From an uncultured Pseudomonadota bacterium (lineage in GTDB: Bacteria; Pseudomonadota; Gammaproteobacteria; Burkholderiales; CAIKXV01), in NCBI GenBank assembly GCA_903831455.1, contig CAIKXV010000192.1:8281-72280 (forward strand): a stretch of 64,000 nucleotides of DNA. The letters are read 5' to 3'. Numbering within the stretch: the first letter of the stretch is position 1; each line of letters starts with the position of its first letter. The notes under the pieces were generated by a model that did no database searches, was not told the DNA's origin, and saw only the letters and a list, made by a program, of their open reading frames with translations. A program made the position numbers and the translations under genes. Below, piece by piece: positions 1 through 9,128 of this stretch.

Positions 1-340
1 AAAGAATACGGCTTTCATCGCGGCGCGTGCCTCTCGGGTGTGGGGTTGGGAGCGCCGGACGCCCGACATGCGGAAACCCTCCCGTCGTCGCGATCGCCTG
101 CTACTCGACAGGTGCAAGCATAAACGACCGCGACGTGACGCCGGGGGCCACGCAAGCCGGGGCGGTTGGCGATGCTCGCGAGCCTGTCCGCAGGCATTAT
201 CATTCGCGCTCGGCGATTGCGAAGCGCCGCGAGGAGGGTCCGCGCGTCGGCGGAACATCTCCCACGCGTACCCCGGGCCACCCGGCCACGGCACGCACTC
301 TCGGCCACGCCGCCCCTTCCGTTCCCCTGGAGGACACCCC

Positions 341-1411
341 ATGACAGCCACGACCCCGCCGGCGCGATCCGATACCCGCGCAACGCGGCACGCGCAGACC
401 CCGCCACTTCAGGATGGCGGCGCCTTTCGCACCTCGCGCCATGCGAAAGCCGTGCTCCGATCGACCGCCCTCGCGACGCTGATCGCGCTGCCCTCCTCGC
501 CCGTGATGGCCCAGGCGTTCCCGGTCAAACCGATCCGCCTGATCGTCGCGCAGGCCGCTGGAAGCGCGACCGACGTGATCGCGCGCATCGTGACCCCGCG
601 CTACAGCGAACTGCTCGGGCAGTCCGTGGTGATCGATATCCGTCCCGGCGCGGGCGGATCCCTGGGTACCGAGATCGCGGCCAAGTCGCCGCCCGACGGC
701 TACACCGTGCTGATGGCCAACATCTCCACGCACGGGGTCAACCCGGCGCTCTACGCAAAGCTGCCGTATGACCCGGTGCGCGACTTCGCCCCCGTCTCGC
801 TGGTGAGCACCACGGCGAACGTCATCGTGGTGCACCCGTCGGTGCCTGCGCGCACGGTGAAGGAGTTCATCGCGCTCGCGCGCAGCAAGCCGGGCATGCT
901 CAACTACAGCTCCGCGGGGCCGGGCACGTCCCAGCATCTCGCCGCGGCGCTGCTCAACACACTCGCCGGCATCGACACCGTGCACGTGCCCTACCGCGGC
1001 AGCACGCCGGCGCTGGGCGCCGTGGTGGCCGGCGAGATCGCGTTCATGGTGCCCACGCTCACCACCGCCCTGCCCCAGATCCAGGCGGGCAAGATCCGGG
1101 CGCTGGCCGTCACCGGCGGCAGCCGCGCGGACGAACTGCCCAAGGTTCCAACCGTCGCGGAGACGCTGCCCGGGTATGACGTCGTCAGCTGGTGGGGCGT
1201 CGTCGCACCGGCCAACACGCCGCGCCCGGTCATCGATCGTCTGAACGGCGATCTGGTGAAGGCGCTCGCGACCGCCGAGGTTCGCTCGGGGTTGCTGAAG
1301 GTCGGCATGTACGCCCAGAGCCAGACGCCCGAGCAGTTCGCGCAGTACATCCGCGACGAGATCGCGAAATGGACCAAGGTCGCCAAGGCGGCGGCGATCA
1401 AGCTGGAGTAA
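341..1411 (+). CDS. Bug/TctC-family periplasmic solute-binding protein (tripartite tricarboxylate transporter substrate-binding family), orphan
   Basis: Frame of ORF 38..1411. ATG at 341 is preceded by GGAGGA (329-334). Signal-like ALATLIALPSSPVMAQA, then family motifs FPVKPIRLIV, RPGAGG, PDGYT, VPYRG, and C-terminal EIAKWTKV. Confidence 0.85.
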   Translation: MTATTPPARSDTRATRHAQTPPLQDGGAFRTSRHAKAVLRSTALATLIALPSSPVMAQAFPVKPIRLIVAQAAGSATDVIARIVTPRYSELLGQSVVIDIRPGAGGSLGTEIAAKSPPDGYTVLMANISTHGVNPALYAKLPYDPVRDFAPVSLVSTTANVIVVHPSVPARTVKEFIALARSKPGMLNYSSAGPGTSQHLAAALLNTLAGIDTVHVPYRGSTPALGAVVAGEIAFMVPTLTTALPQIQAGKIRALAVTGGSRADELPKVPTVAETLPGYDVVSWWGVVAPANTPRPVIDRLNGDLVKALATAEVRSGLLKVGMYAQSQTPEQFAQYIRDEIAKWTKVAKAAAIKLE

Positions 1412-1525
1412 CAGGACGCCCTCGACCGGGCGGCCGTGCGCTGCCGGGTCATGGACGCCTCGCCGGGGGCTGTACCGCACGGCGCAGCACCCGGCGTCGA
1501 TGGCACGTCTCCGCGCGGTCTATTC

Positions 1526-1545
1526 GTACCTGTCGGTACCTGTCG
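1526..1545. repeat. 10-bp tandem direct repeat GTACCTGTCG x2, followed by degenerate GTGACCCTCG/GTGTCGG
   Basis: gtacctgtcg at 1526-1535 and 1536-1545, in the convergent intergenic region between two Bug genes. Confidence 0.8.
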
Positions 1546-1882
1546 GTGACCCTCGGTGTCGGGAGCGCACCGAACCTCCAGTGCCCACCGGGGGGGCTTC
1601 AAACGGCGCTGCAGGGAGCGATCCGGATCGAACGCGACGCCGACCGGACCGCGCCAGCGCGCGATGCCCTCCAGCACGCTGCGTGATGGCGGCCGGCCAA
1701 CCCGTCCGGCAGCGGCATGCCCCGGCGAGCCATGACCCGGGGCTCGCGGGGCATACCGTCCTGGCATGCGCGCGCAGCCGCGCCGCATGAAGCCGACACG
1801 GCTGCCGCGGCACCGGTCGACAGGCCCGCCGGAGTCGTCGGCCCTGCCACGGGCCTGACCCGCGCGTTGCGTGCAGCCCCGC

Positions 1883-2875
1883 CTACTGCGGCTTGAAGCC
1901 GATCGCCTTGACGAGCTTGCCGTACTTCGCATGATCGCTGCGGATCAGCTCGGCGAAGAACTCGGGCGACTCGTAGATCATCGTGAGGCCGGTCGCCACG
2001 AGTTTCTCGGCGACATCAGGATGCCGCATCGCGCGGTTGATCTCCTCGTTGAGGCGGGCGACGATCTCTCGCGGCATGCCTGCCGGACCGACCCAGCCGA
2101 ACCATCCGCCCGACTCGTACCCGGGCACGACCTCGGCCGCAGCGGGCGAATCGGGCCACTGCGGCGTGCGCGCCTTGCTGGTGACAGCCAGCAGGTTGAT
2201 GCGACCCGACTTGATATGCGGCGTGAGGCCGGTGACGCCATCGACACCCGCCATCACCTGCCCGCCCATCAACTCGCTGGCGATCTGCGCCGAGCCCTTG
2301 TAGGGAATATGGTTGAAGGAGAAGCCGGCCATCATGCGCAGCTGCTCGAAGATCAGGTGCGGGAAGCCACCCTCGCCATTGCTCGCCACGGTCAGCTTGC
2401 CCGGATTAGCCTTCGCCCAGGCAATCATTTCAGCCAGGGTCTTGAACGGCGCGCCGGTGGCGCCGACGACCACCAGGTAGTTCGCGGTGGACACGGCGAT
2501 GGGCGTGAAATCCTTGAGCGCGTCGTAGGGGACGTTCTTGCTGGTGTGCGGCAGCACCGCCAGGTTGCCGCCCTGCCCGGCCGCGATGGTGTAGCCATCG
2601 GGCGCGGACCTAGCGACCGAATCGAGACCCAGCATCCCGCTGGCGCCCGGCCGGTTCTCGACGATCACCGGCTGCCCCAGGCGCTCGCTCATCCGGGGCG
2701 CGATCAGCCGCGCCATGATGTCGGTGGTGTTGCCGGGCGGGAACGGAATGATGATCCTGATCGGCTTGTTCGGCCACGCCTGGGCCTGGACTCCGATGCT
2801 GAACACCAGTGCCGCGGCGGCGGCGAACATCGACAGTACGGACTTCGGTTTCACGGATGCAGCCTCCTTGGCCAT
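1883..2875 (-). CDS. Bug/TctC-family periplasmic solute-binding protein, orphan
   Basis: ORF 1883..3037; internal ATG at 2875 gives MAKEAASVKPKSVLSMFAAAAALVFSIGVQAQA signal. Motifs WPNKPIRIIIPFPPGNTTD, ENRPGASG, PDGYT, IPYKG. Confidence 0.85.
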   Translation of the reverse strand: MAKEAASVKPKSVLSMFAAAAALVFSIGVQAQAWPNKPIRIIIPFPPGNTTDIMARLIAPRMSERLGQPVIVENRPGASGMLGLDSVARSAPDGYTIAAGQGGNLAVLPHTSKNVPYDALKDFTPIAVSTANYLVVVGATGAPFKTLAEMIAWAKANPGKLTVASNGEGGFPHLIFEQLRMMAGFSFNHIPYKGSAQIASELMGGQVMAGVDGVTGLTPHIKSGRINLLAVTSKARTPQWPDSPAAAEVVPGYESGGWFGWVGPAGMPREIVARLNEEINRAMRHPDVAEKLVATGLTMIYESPEFFAELIRSDHAKYGKLVKAIGFKPQ

Positions 2876-3410
2876 ACGGAAGTGGACACCAGAAAACCCG
2901 GTGGCGGAGCCGCAGTTTCCGGCACCGGACCGAACCGCGCATCTACGCGACGGGAAGGACAGACCGAATACTACTTTCAAACGACGCCACGCCCCATGCG
3001 GTCCGGTCAGCCCCCTTTCCCGTCGAAAGCGCCGCACCGCGCTACTGCTCGCCTTTCAACCGTCACCCCAAGACAGGGCGAGGTCTGGACGGTGCGGGGC
3101 CGCGACGCAGTCAACGGGGCGGACACGCACTGTGCCGACAACGAACAGGAGGGCGCCAGCGGGCGATAGCCTCCCCTCGTTCATGGGCCGAGACAGCCTG
3201 CTCGACTCCGAATGCGCGCGGGTAACGCAATCGTTGACGATCCGCCGCGCCCCAATCGCGCGGCCATCGAGGGCACGGGCGCCAACGATACGGGCCGTGA
3301 GAGCGGAGCAGAGAGGATTCGCGCCCTGGCCCCACTCACCGCGGTACCAAAGGCACAGCGTGCGCATCGCCCTTATCGGCACCGCGAGAGTCGCGGAGAC
3401 CCGCGACCTG

Positions 3411-4838
3411 TCACGATTTTCGCCGCGCCCTGCGGGGTGCCGAACGATCTCGTGCGGCCAGCTGCGGCGCATCCTCCCCAAGCCACGCGATCGCTGTCGC
3501 CGCGATACGCGTGCCAGATACGGGGCTGACCTTCGGTACCTCGACCGCATACAGCGCCGGACGCTTTCGACCGAACACCTGTTCGAGAGTCGGCAACATG
3601 CAAGCAAGCTGCTCGATGTCATCCACGAAAAGCGTGAGGTGGACGATACGGTCCAGCCGCGCGCCGAGGGCCTTCATCCGGTCGGCCAAACGACCAATGA
3701 CGGCTGCAGTCTGTGCCGCAAACGCGGGGTCTGCCCCGGAGGGCAAACGGGCGGGTAACGCCCGCCGCCATGCCGCGGGCAATCCCGCAGGACGCAGCGC
3801 AGGGTCGCCCCCGGGCAACAGCCCCGGTACACCGGACAGGAAGGTGAGCCCGGACGCTCCGCATGCGGCGCTCATCGCCGCACAGCGATCGGCCTCGCCA
3901 TCGACCAGGCGATCGATACGCAGGCCGCTGGCTGCGGTGATCGCCGTGGGTTCTATCTCGATCAGGGTTCCCTTGTGCCCCACCTCACCGGCCTCGATCA
4001 CGGTCAGCGCCGGCGCATCCCCGGGGAAGAAGTGCTCGTGCACCCGATGGAAAGTGGGGAAATCGCGCATGTCCTGCAGGTACACCACGAGGTTCATGAT
4101 CCGGTCCATCGAACTGCCCGCACCTTCCAGATGCTTCCGAATCAGGTCGTACGTGAACCACGTCTGGGCAGCGATCGGCCCGTTGCGAGCATCCTCGTGG
4201 CTGCGTCCGACCGAGAGGAAGCGACCCTGTTCCGGAATATCCGCGTATCCACGAACCAGCGGCGAACCTGGCTGAGAGGTGTCGACCGGGATTTGTCCGG
4301 CAACGAAGAGAAACGGGCCCGCGCCGATCACGTGAGAGAAGTGCGCGGCGGCCGCATGCGCCTTCGATCCAGCGAGCACGGAGCGTCCTCCGGGCGCATC
4401 TGGCGTACCCCGATACACGATCGAGTCGACGCACAGGCGGACCCGGTCTGCAGGCTCGAACCGCCCCATGCCTACGGCTGTGCTGGCGGGCGGCGCAGCC
4501 TCGTAGTGGCGACGTACTCGGTCGAAAGCGGAGAAGAACCGCTTGTCGCGCTGGAAGATGTGATACCGGACCACGTCGCCGATGGCGAGGCCGTGAGGCG
4601 ACAGCAGATCACGGAATCGTTCGTACAACCCGACAGCCTGACCCTCGACGGGGCCCTCCAGTCCGCTGACCCACTCGTACGCGCTGGCGCATTCAGGCCT
4701 GCCAACGCCACGACCCGGGTGCACCCGGCGCGGTTCACCGGCAGCGTCCAGCCCCATCTGGCCGGAAAGGAACAGGAACGGTCCGGCCGCCACCACCGAC
4801 GGCCAGCGCTCCAGCGCCGCGAGAAAGGGCTTGCTCAT
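3411..4838 (-). CDS. Three tandem RidA/YjgF/Endoribonuclease L-PSP-like domains in one polypeptide (about 475 aa)
   Basis: ORF 3411..4928; ATG at 4838 with GGGAG upstream. There are three successive ~150-aa units. Each has the GPFLF(L/V)(S/A)GQ-type N-terminal strand motif (AAGPFLFLSGQMG; GAGPFLFVAGQIP; SGLTFLSGVPG). Each ends with a PA(S/L)x...(V/I)E(I/P)-type C-terminal segment. Confidence 0.7.
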   Translation of the reverse strand: MSKPFLAALERWPSVVAAGPFLFLSGQMGLDAAGEPRRVHPGRGVGRPECASAYEWVSGLEGPVEGQAVGLYERFRDLLSPHGLAIGDVVRYHIFQRDKRFFSAFDRVRRHYEAAPPASTAVGMGRFEPADRVRLCVDSIVYRGTPDAPGGRSVLAGSKAHAAAAHFSHVIGAGPFLFVAGQIPVDTSQPGSPLVRGYADIPEQGRFLSVGRSHEDARNGPIAAQTWFTYDLIRKHLEGAGSSMDRIMNLVVYLQDMRDFPTFHRVHEHFFPGDAPALTVIEAGEVGHKGTLIEIEPTAITAASGLRIDRLVDGEADRCAAMSAACGASGLTFLSGVPGLLPGGDPALRPAGLPAAWRRALPARLPSGADPAFAAQTAAVIGRLADRMKALGARLDRIVHLTLFVDDIEQLACMLPTLEQVFGRKRPALYAVEVPKVSPVSGTRIAATAIAWLGEDAPQLAARDRSAPRRARRKS

Positions 4839-4870
4839 GAGCGTGAAACTCCCTGAGAATGGTATGCCGC

Positions 4871-4880
4871 TGTGATCACA
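4871..4880. promoter_or_regulatory. Perfect 10-bp palindrome TGTGATCACA in a 58-bp divergent intergenic region
   Basis: tgtgatcaca at 4871-4880, between the triple-RidA start (4838, minus) and the Bug start (4897, plus). Candidate operator; no regulator assigned. Confidence 0.3.
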
Positions 4881-4896
4881 TCGAATGGAGGTCACG

Positions 4897-5898
4897 ATGA
4901 TTCTGCTCCCCCGTGCAGGCTTTGGCAACGCGGCGGCTGCTCTCGCCGTCCTGGCTGGCGCATGCCTCGCAAGCGCCCCGACTCCCGGAAAGGCTGCCGA
5001 GGGCTACCCGGTACGGCCAGTCCGCGTCGTCGCACCGTACGGGCCCGGCGGCTCGTACGACGTCATCGCAAGGATCATGGCGCAACGACTGGGCGAGCAG
5101 ACCGGTCAGCCCTTTCTCGTCGACAATCGGCCCGGGGCGGCGGGTCGCCTCGGCATGAGCATCGGCATCGCGGCACCTGCGGATGGTCATACCCTGATCG
5201 TGATCGGCAATTCGCAGACGATCGTACCCAGCGTATTCAAGTCGGTCCCCTACGACCTTGCGCGCGACATTGCCTATGTATCGCTTGTGGCTACGATCCC
5301 GAACACTTACGTCCTGCACCCCGCAATCCCGGCCAATTCAGCAGCCGAATTCGCGGCCTTCTCCCGGAACAAGCCCGGCCAGATACGTTATGGCTCTGGT
5401 GGCACCGGGGGAATTACTCATCTCGGCGGCGAGCTCTTCCGGGGACTGACGAACTCCGACATGTCCCATGTGCCCTACAAGTCGGGAGCGCTGGCGCTCA
5501 ACGCCCAACTCGCGGGTGAAGTGCAGTTCAACATGCTCAACCTGCTCAATGCCCTGCCGCATGCACAGTCCGGAAAACTTCGGGTTCTCGCGGTGACCAG
5601 CCTCAAGCGCTCGACCTACCTTCCCAACGTGCCGACCATGGACGAACTCGGGTTCAAGGGCTTCGAACTCCAGGAATTCCACGTGCTCGGAATGCCCAGG
5701 GCGACTCCCGCGCAGTTCGTACGCCGGATCAACGAGGAAATCCGCAAGGCGCTGGCTAGCGCGGAAGTGACCGAAAGGCTGGCGACCCAGGCAGCGGAAC
5801 CGCGACCGAGTTCGCCCGAGGAGGCGCAGCGCTACGTCCTGGCCGAACAGGCGAAGTTCGCGAACGTAGTCAAGCAGATCGGCTTGAGCCCCGAGTGA
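4897..5898 (+). CDS. Bug/TctC-family periplasmic solute-binding protein, orphan
   Basis: ORF 4885..5898. GGAGG (4887-4891) sits 5 nt before ATG 4897 (MILLPRAGFG...). Motifs GYPVRPVRVVAPYGPGGSYD, DNRPGAAG, ADGHT, VPYKSG. Confidence 0.85.
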   Translation: MILLPRAGFGNAAAALAVLAGACLASAPTPGKAAEGYPVRPVRVVAPYGPGGSYDVIARIMAQRLGEQTGQPFLVDNRPGAAGRLGMSIGIAAPADGHTLIVIGNSQTIVPSVFKSVPYDLARDIAYVSLVATIPNTYVLHPAIPANSAAEFAAFSRNKPGQIRYGSGGTGGITHLGGELFRGLTNSDMSHVPYKSGALALNAQLAGEVQFNMLNLLNALPHAQSGKLRVLAVTSLKRSTYLPNVPTMDELGFKGFELQEFHVLGMPRATPAQFVRRINEEIRKALASAEVTERLATQAAEPRPSSPEEAQRYVLAEQAKFANVVKQIGLSPE

Positions 5899-5955
5899 CG
5901 GCTGACCGGCCCCGCCCCCTTCCCGTTCTTCTTCCGCCTCTATCGGAGCACGTGC

Positions 5956-7281
5956 ATGGACCAGGCTGAAGTTGATGCGATCCTCGCATCGATCACACCG
6001 GAGCGCTGCGCCGACATCGCGTGCCAGCTGGTCGACGTACCAAGCCTCACGGGAAACGAGCGGCCGATCGCCGAGACCTGCGCCCGACTGCTGCGCGAGG
6101 CGGGGCTGGAGCCTTCGCTCCAGGAGTTCGAGCCGGGGCGGTACAACTGCATCGCGCGCCTGAAGGGATCCGGCGGCGGCCCGACGCTGCTGTTCAATGG
6201 CCACATCGACATCTCCTTCAATGGTGACGAGCAGTACCTTCCCGACGCGCCCGGATACCGGACCCGCGCGGTCATCCAGGACGGCTGGATCCACGGCATG
6301 GGAGTCCACAACATGAAGAGCGGGGTGGCAGCGTTCATCGCGGCCACCGAAGCGATCGCCAGAGCGGGCCTGCGCATGCCTGGCGATCTCCTGCTCGCGC
6401 TGGTCGGAGGTGAAATCGAGCGTCATTCCGTGCTTGACTACCAGGGCCCGTCCTTCCGGGGCGGAGGATGCGGCACTCGGCACTGGGTCAGTAACGGAGG
6501 GATCGCCGACTTCGCGGTCATAGGTGAGCCGACATCCATGGCGCTGATTCACGAGCACGTGGGTTCGGTCGCCGTGCGCCTCACGACGCTGGGCAAACCG
6601 GCACCGCTGCGCGTCGCCAGCCACGGCGATGACGCGATACGCAAGATGCGGGTGCTGATCGACCTCTTCGACAGCTTTGCCGCCGACTATGCGGCGCGTC
6701 ACGAGTACAAAGGCAAGCGCGCCTCGGTCCACATGCACTCGATAGAGGGTGGGTGGCCTTTCCGTTGCAATCGGGTCCCGTTCTTCTGCCACGTGTTCCT
6801 CGAATTCCGCGTGCTTCCGAACCAGCGGGTCAACGACATTCCGCAAGAGGTTGAACGCCTGATCAGCATGGTCCACCAGCGGGACCCGTCGATCGGGTTC
6901 GACACGGAATTCTTCGTCACGCTACCCCCCGCTCACGCCAGCGGAAATGCTGCGATCGCCGACCGAGTGCGCGCCGCGCATCGCGAGATAGTCGGATCAG
7001 GGCCTTCCGAGGGTGTCGGGATGTTCCTGTCGGATGCAGGCCACCTGCAGCTGTACGGCATACCCTGCGTCAACTATGGACCGAGCGGGCGAACGGTCAC
7101 CGGCAGGGACAACTGGGATCCCGATATTGGCGAACACACCTCGATTGCTGACATTACCGCCACGGCAAGGGTTTACGCGAGCGTAGCGCTTGATGTGTGC
7201 TCGAAGACCCGCAGCGAGCTCGGCCTGCCGGTGCTCTCGGCACCCCTGCCCGCCCTACCCCCGTGCGTGCACGGGCATTGA
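5956..7281 (+). CDS. M20-family metallopeptidase / amidohydrolase (ArgE/DapE/CPG2-like)
   Basis: 441-aa ORF with GGAG upstream. Features: LTGNERPIAE, LLFNGHIDISF (GHxD-type metal site), GMGVHNMKSG, and an overall M20 two-domain length. Confidence 0.7.
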   Translation: MDQAEVDAILASITPERCADIACQLVDVPSLTGNERPIAETCARLLREAGLEPSLQEFEPGRYNCIARLKGSGGGPTLLFNGHIDISFNGDEQYLPDAPGYRTRAVIQDGWIHGMGVHNMKSGVAAFIAATEAIARAGLRMPGDLLLALVGGEIERHSVLDYQGPSFRGGGCGTRHWVSNGGIADFAVIGEPTSMALIHEHVGSVAVRLTTLGKPAPLRVASHGDDAIRKMRVLIDLFDSFAADYAARHEYKGKRASVHMHSIEGGWPFRCNRVPFFCHVFLEFRVLPNQRVNDIPQEVERLISMVHQRDPSIGFDTEFFVTLPPAHASGNAAIADRVRAAHREIVGSGPSEGVGMFLSDAGHLQLYGIPCVNYGPSGRTVTGRDNWDPDIGEHTSIADITATARVYASVALDVCSKTRSELGLPVLSAPLPALPPCVHGH

Positions 7282-7312
7282 TAGCCAGCACCCCTAGGAC
7301 CAGGAGATCCAG

Positions 7313-7744
7313 ATGAAACGACAGTTCCTTCAGCCCGATGACATGTGGGCTCGCGTCGAGAACGGCAACCTCCTCTACGTGCCTGTCGTCACCGTACACG
7401 GGACGGATCACGCGCATGTCTACCTTGCCGGGCAAATGGCAAGGGAGCCGTCCGGTCCCATCGTCGGCATCGGCGACATGCGAGCGCAGATCCGAAAGAC
7501 CTGCGAGAACATCGCCAAGGGTCTTGCCTACGCCGGCGCCACTTTCGACGACGTGGTCCGTGCAACCACGTACGTGACGGACATCGAGGAGTATTACCGG
7601 GTCTCGGACGAGCGCTTCAAGTTCTTCACGAACCGCCGTCCTGCCAGCGTGCTGATCCAGGTGTCACGGCTGGGGCACAAGGACGCGATGGTCGAAATCG
7701 AAGTCGAGGCGATCCTGGAACCGTCGAGGCTCAAGACCTACTGA
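7313..7744 (+). CDS. RidA/YjgF-family protein (single domain)
   Basis: 143 aa with AGGAGA RBS. Features: HVYLAGQMA, IRKTCENIAKGLAYAGATFDDVVRATTYVTD, and C-terminal RRPASVLIQVSRL...VEIEVEA. The position of the canonical PAR arginine reads PAS. Confidence 0.8.
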   Translation: MKRQFLQPDDMWARVENGNLLYVPVVTVHGTDHAHVYLAGQMAREPSGPIVGIGDMRAQIRKTCENIAKGLAYAGATFDDVVRATTYVTDIEEYYRVSDERFKFFTNRRPASVLIQVSRLGHKDAMVEIEVEAILEPSRLKTY

Positions 7745-7802
7745 GCCTGCGAACCGGCACGCGAGCCGCGCCCGCACCGGTTCGCGGGTGGTTCGCATTA
7801 CC

Positions 7803-8978
7803 CTACACTTTCCCGCCCAGCATCCGGCGCCCGATCGCGCTGCGATGGACCTCGGTGGGGCCTTCGTAGATGCGCATCACGCGCGCCTGCTGGTGCATCA
7901 GTTGCAGCGGCAACTCCTTCGTCATGCCCATCGCGCCCAGCGTCTGCATCGCGTTGTCGAGCACCGTCTGGGCCATCTCGGTGGCGCGCACCTTCAGCAT
8001 CGAAGCCTCCAGCCGCACATCCGCCCCCGCGTCCATCCGCGCGGCCAGGTCGTGCACCATCAGCCGACAGGCATGGATTTCGGAGGCCGCCTCGGCCGCG
8101 AACCACTGGATGGCCTGGCGATCGGCGAGACGCACGCCCCAGGTGACCCGCTGGCCTGCGTGCTCGGCCATCATCGCGAGTGCGCGGCGGGCCATGCCCA
8201 CGCACCGCGCGCCCATCTGCATCCGCCGCACGTTGAGCCGGAGCTGCATCGGCGCATACCCGCGGTCCAGGTCACCGAGCAGGTTGGCGGCAGGAATGCG
8301 GCAGTTCTCGAACACGAGCTCGTAGGTCCGTCGCCCGCCGATCATCGGGATCTCGCGCTCGATCACGTAGCCGGGCGTGCCGCGCTCGACGATGAAGGCG
8401 GAAATGCCTTCCTGGCGCTTGCCCGCGCCCGTGCGCGCCATCAGGATGATGAAATCCGCCCGGGGCGCACCGGACACCCAGATCTTCCGGCCGTCGATCA
8501 CCCACTGGTCGCCGTCCCGAACGGCACGCGTGGTCATTCCGGCCGGGTCTCCCCCCGCGCCCGGCTCCGAGATCGCCACCGCAGAGCGCATCTCGCCCGA
8601 TGCGTAGGGTGCCAGGTAGCGCTCGCGCTGCGCAGGCGTGGCCACCGCCAGCATCATGTGCAGGTTGGGGCTGTCGGGCGGGATCACGAACGGCACGCAG
8701 GCTCGGCCGAGTTCCTCCTCGACCAGGGCCAGCGTCTGCAGCGGCAGGTTCGCGCCGCCCATCGACTCCGGGACATCCAGCCCCCACAGGCCGAGTTCGC
8801 GGCACCGGGCGAGCAGCGCCTGCTCCTCGTCCTCGACCAGCTTGTAGGGCTGGCCCTGGGCTTCGCGCCGCAGGACGGCGGGTTCCAGCGGCAGCAGGTC
8901 GTGGTCGACGAACTTCGCCACCAGCTCCTGGAGCATGCGTGTCTCGTCGGACATGGGGTTCGAAACCGTCTGGTCCAT
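7803..8978 (-). CDS. Acyl-CoA dehydrogenase family protein
   Basis: ORF 7803..9011; ATG 8978 with AAGGA RBS. Features: N-terminal LQELVAKFVDHDLLP, ISEPGAGGDPAGMTT, WVSGA, and C-terminal RIYEGPTEVHRSAIGRRML. Confidence 0.85.
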   Translation of the reverse strand: MDQTVSNPMSDETRMLQELVAKFVDHDLLPLEPAVLRREAQGQPYKLVEDEEQALLARCRELGLWGLDVPESMGGANLPLQTLALVEEELGRACVPFVIPPDSPNLHMMLAVATPAQRERYLAPYASGEMRSAVAISEPGAGGDPAGMTTRAVRDGDQWVIDGRKIWVSGAPRADFIILMARTGAGKRQEGISAFIVERGTPGYVIEREIPMIGGRRTYELVFENCRIPAANLLGDLDRGYAPMQLRLNVRRMQMGARCVGMARRALAMMAEHAGQRVTWGVRLADRQAIQWFAAEAASEIHACRLMVHDLAARMDAGADVRLEASMLKVRATEMAQTVLDNAMQTLGAMGMTKELPLQLMHQQARVMRIYEGPTEVHRSAIGRRMLGGKV

Positions 8979-9128
8979 GGCGATCCTTCGCGCGCAGCCT
9001 TGGCGAGCCACGCGCCGGTGGGAGGTGACGCCGCCAGTATATCGACAGCCGTCGGACGATGATCCGTCGTAACTGCGGTATCGCGCCCGCGCTGTCGCGG
9101 GCCGGCGCGTGCAACGCCCCGGCAGCGG

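Noticed and set aside
38-340. Upstream extensions of Bug-family ORFs (this one and similar at 2876-3037, 15704-15886, 19886-20080, 29582-29713, 62928-63323)
   Set aside because: The extensions are Arg-rich and would bury the signal peptide. Internal ATGs with good Shine-Dalgarno sequences give canonical ~320-340-aa precursors.
5338-6876. 512-aa minus-strand ORF across the Bug and M20 genes
   Set aside because: It is antisense to two motif-supported genes and has no recognisable domain. Shadow ORF.
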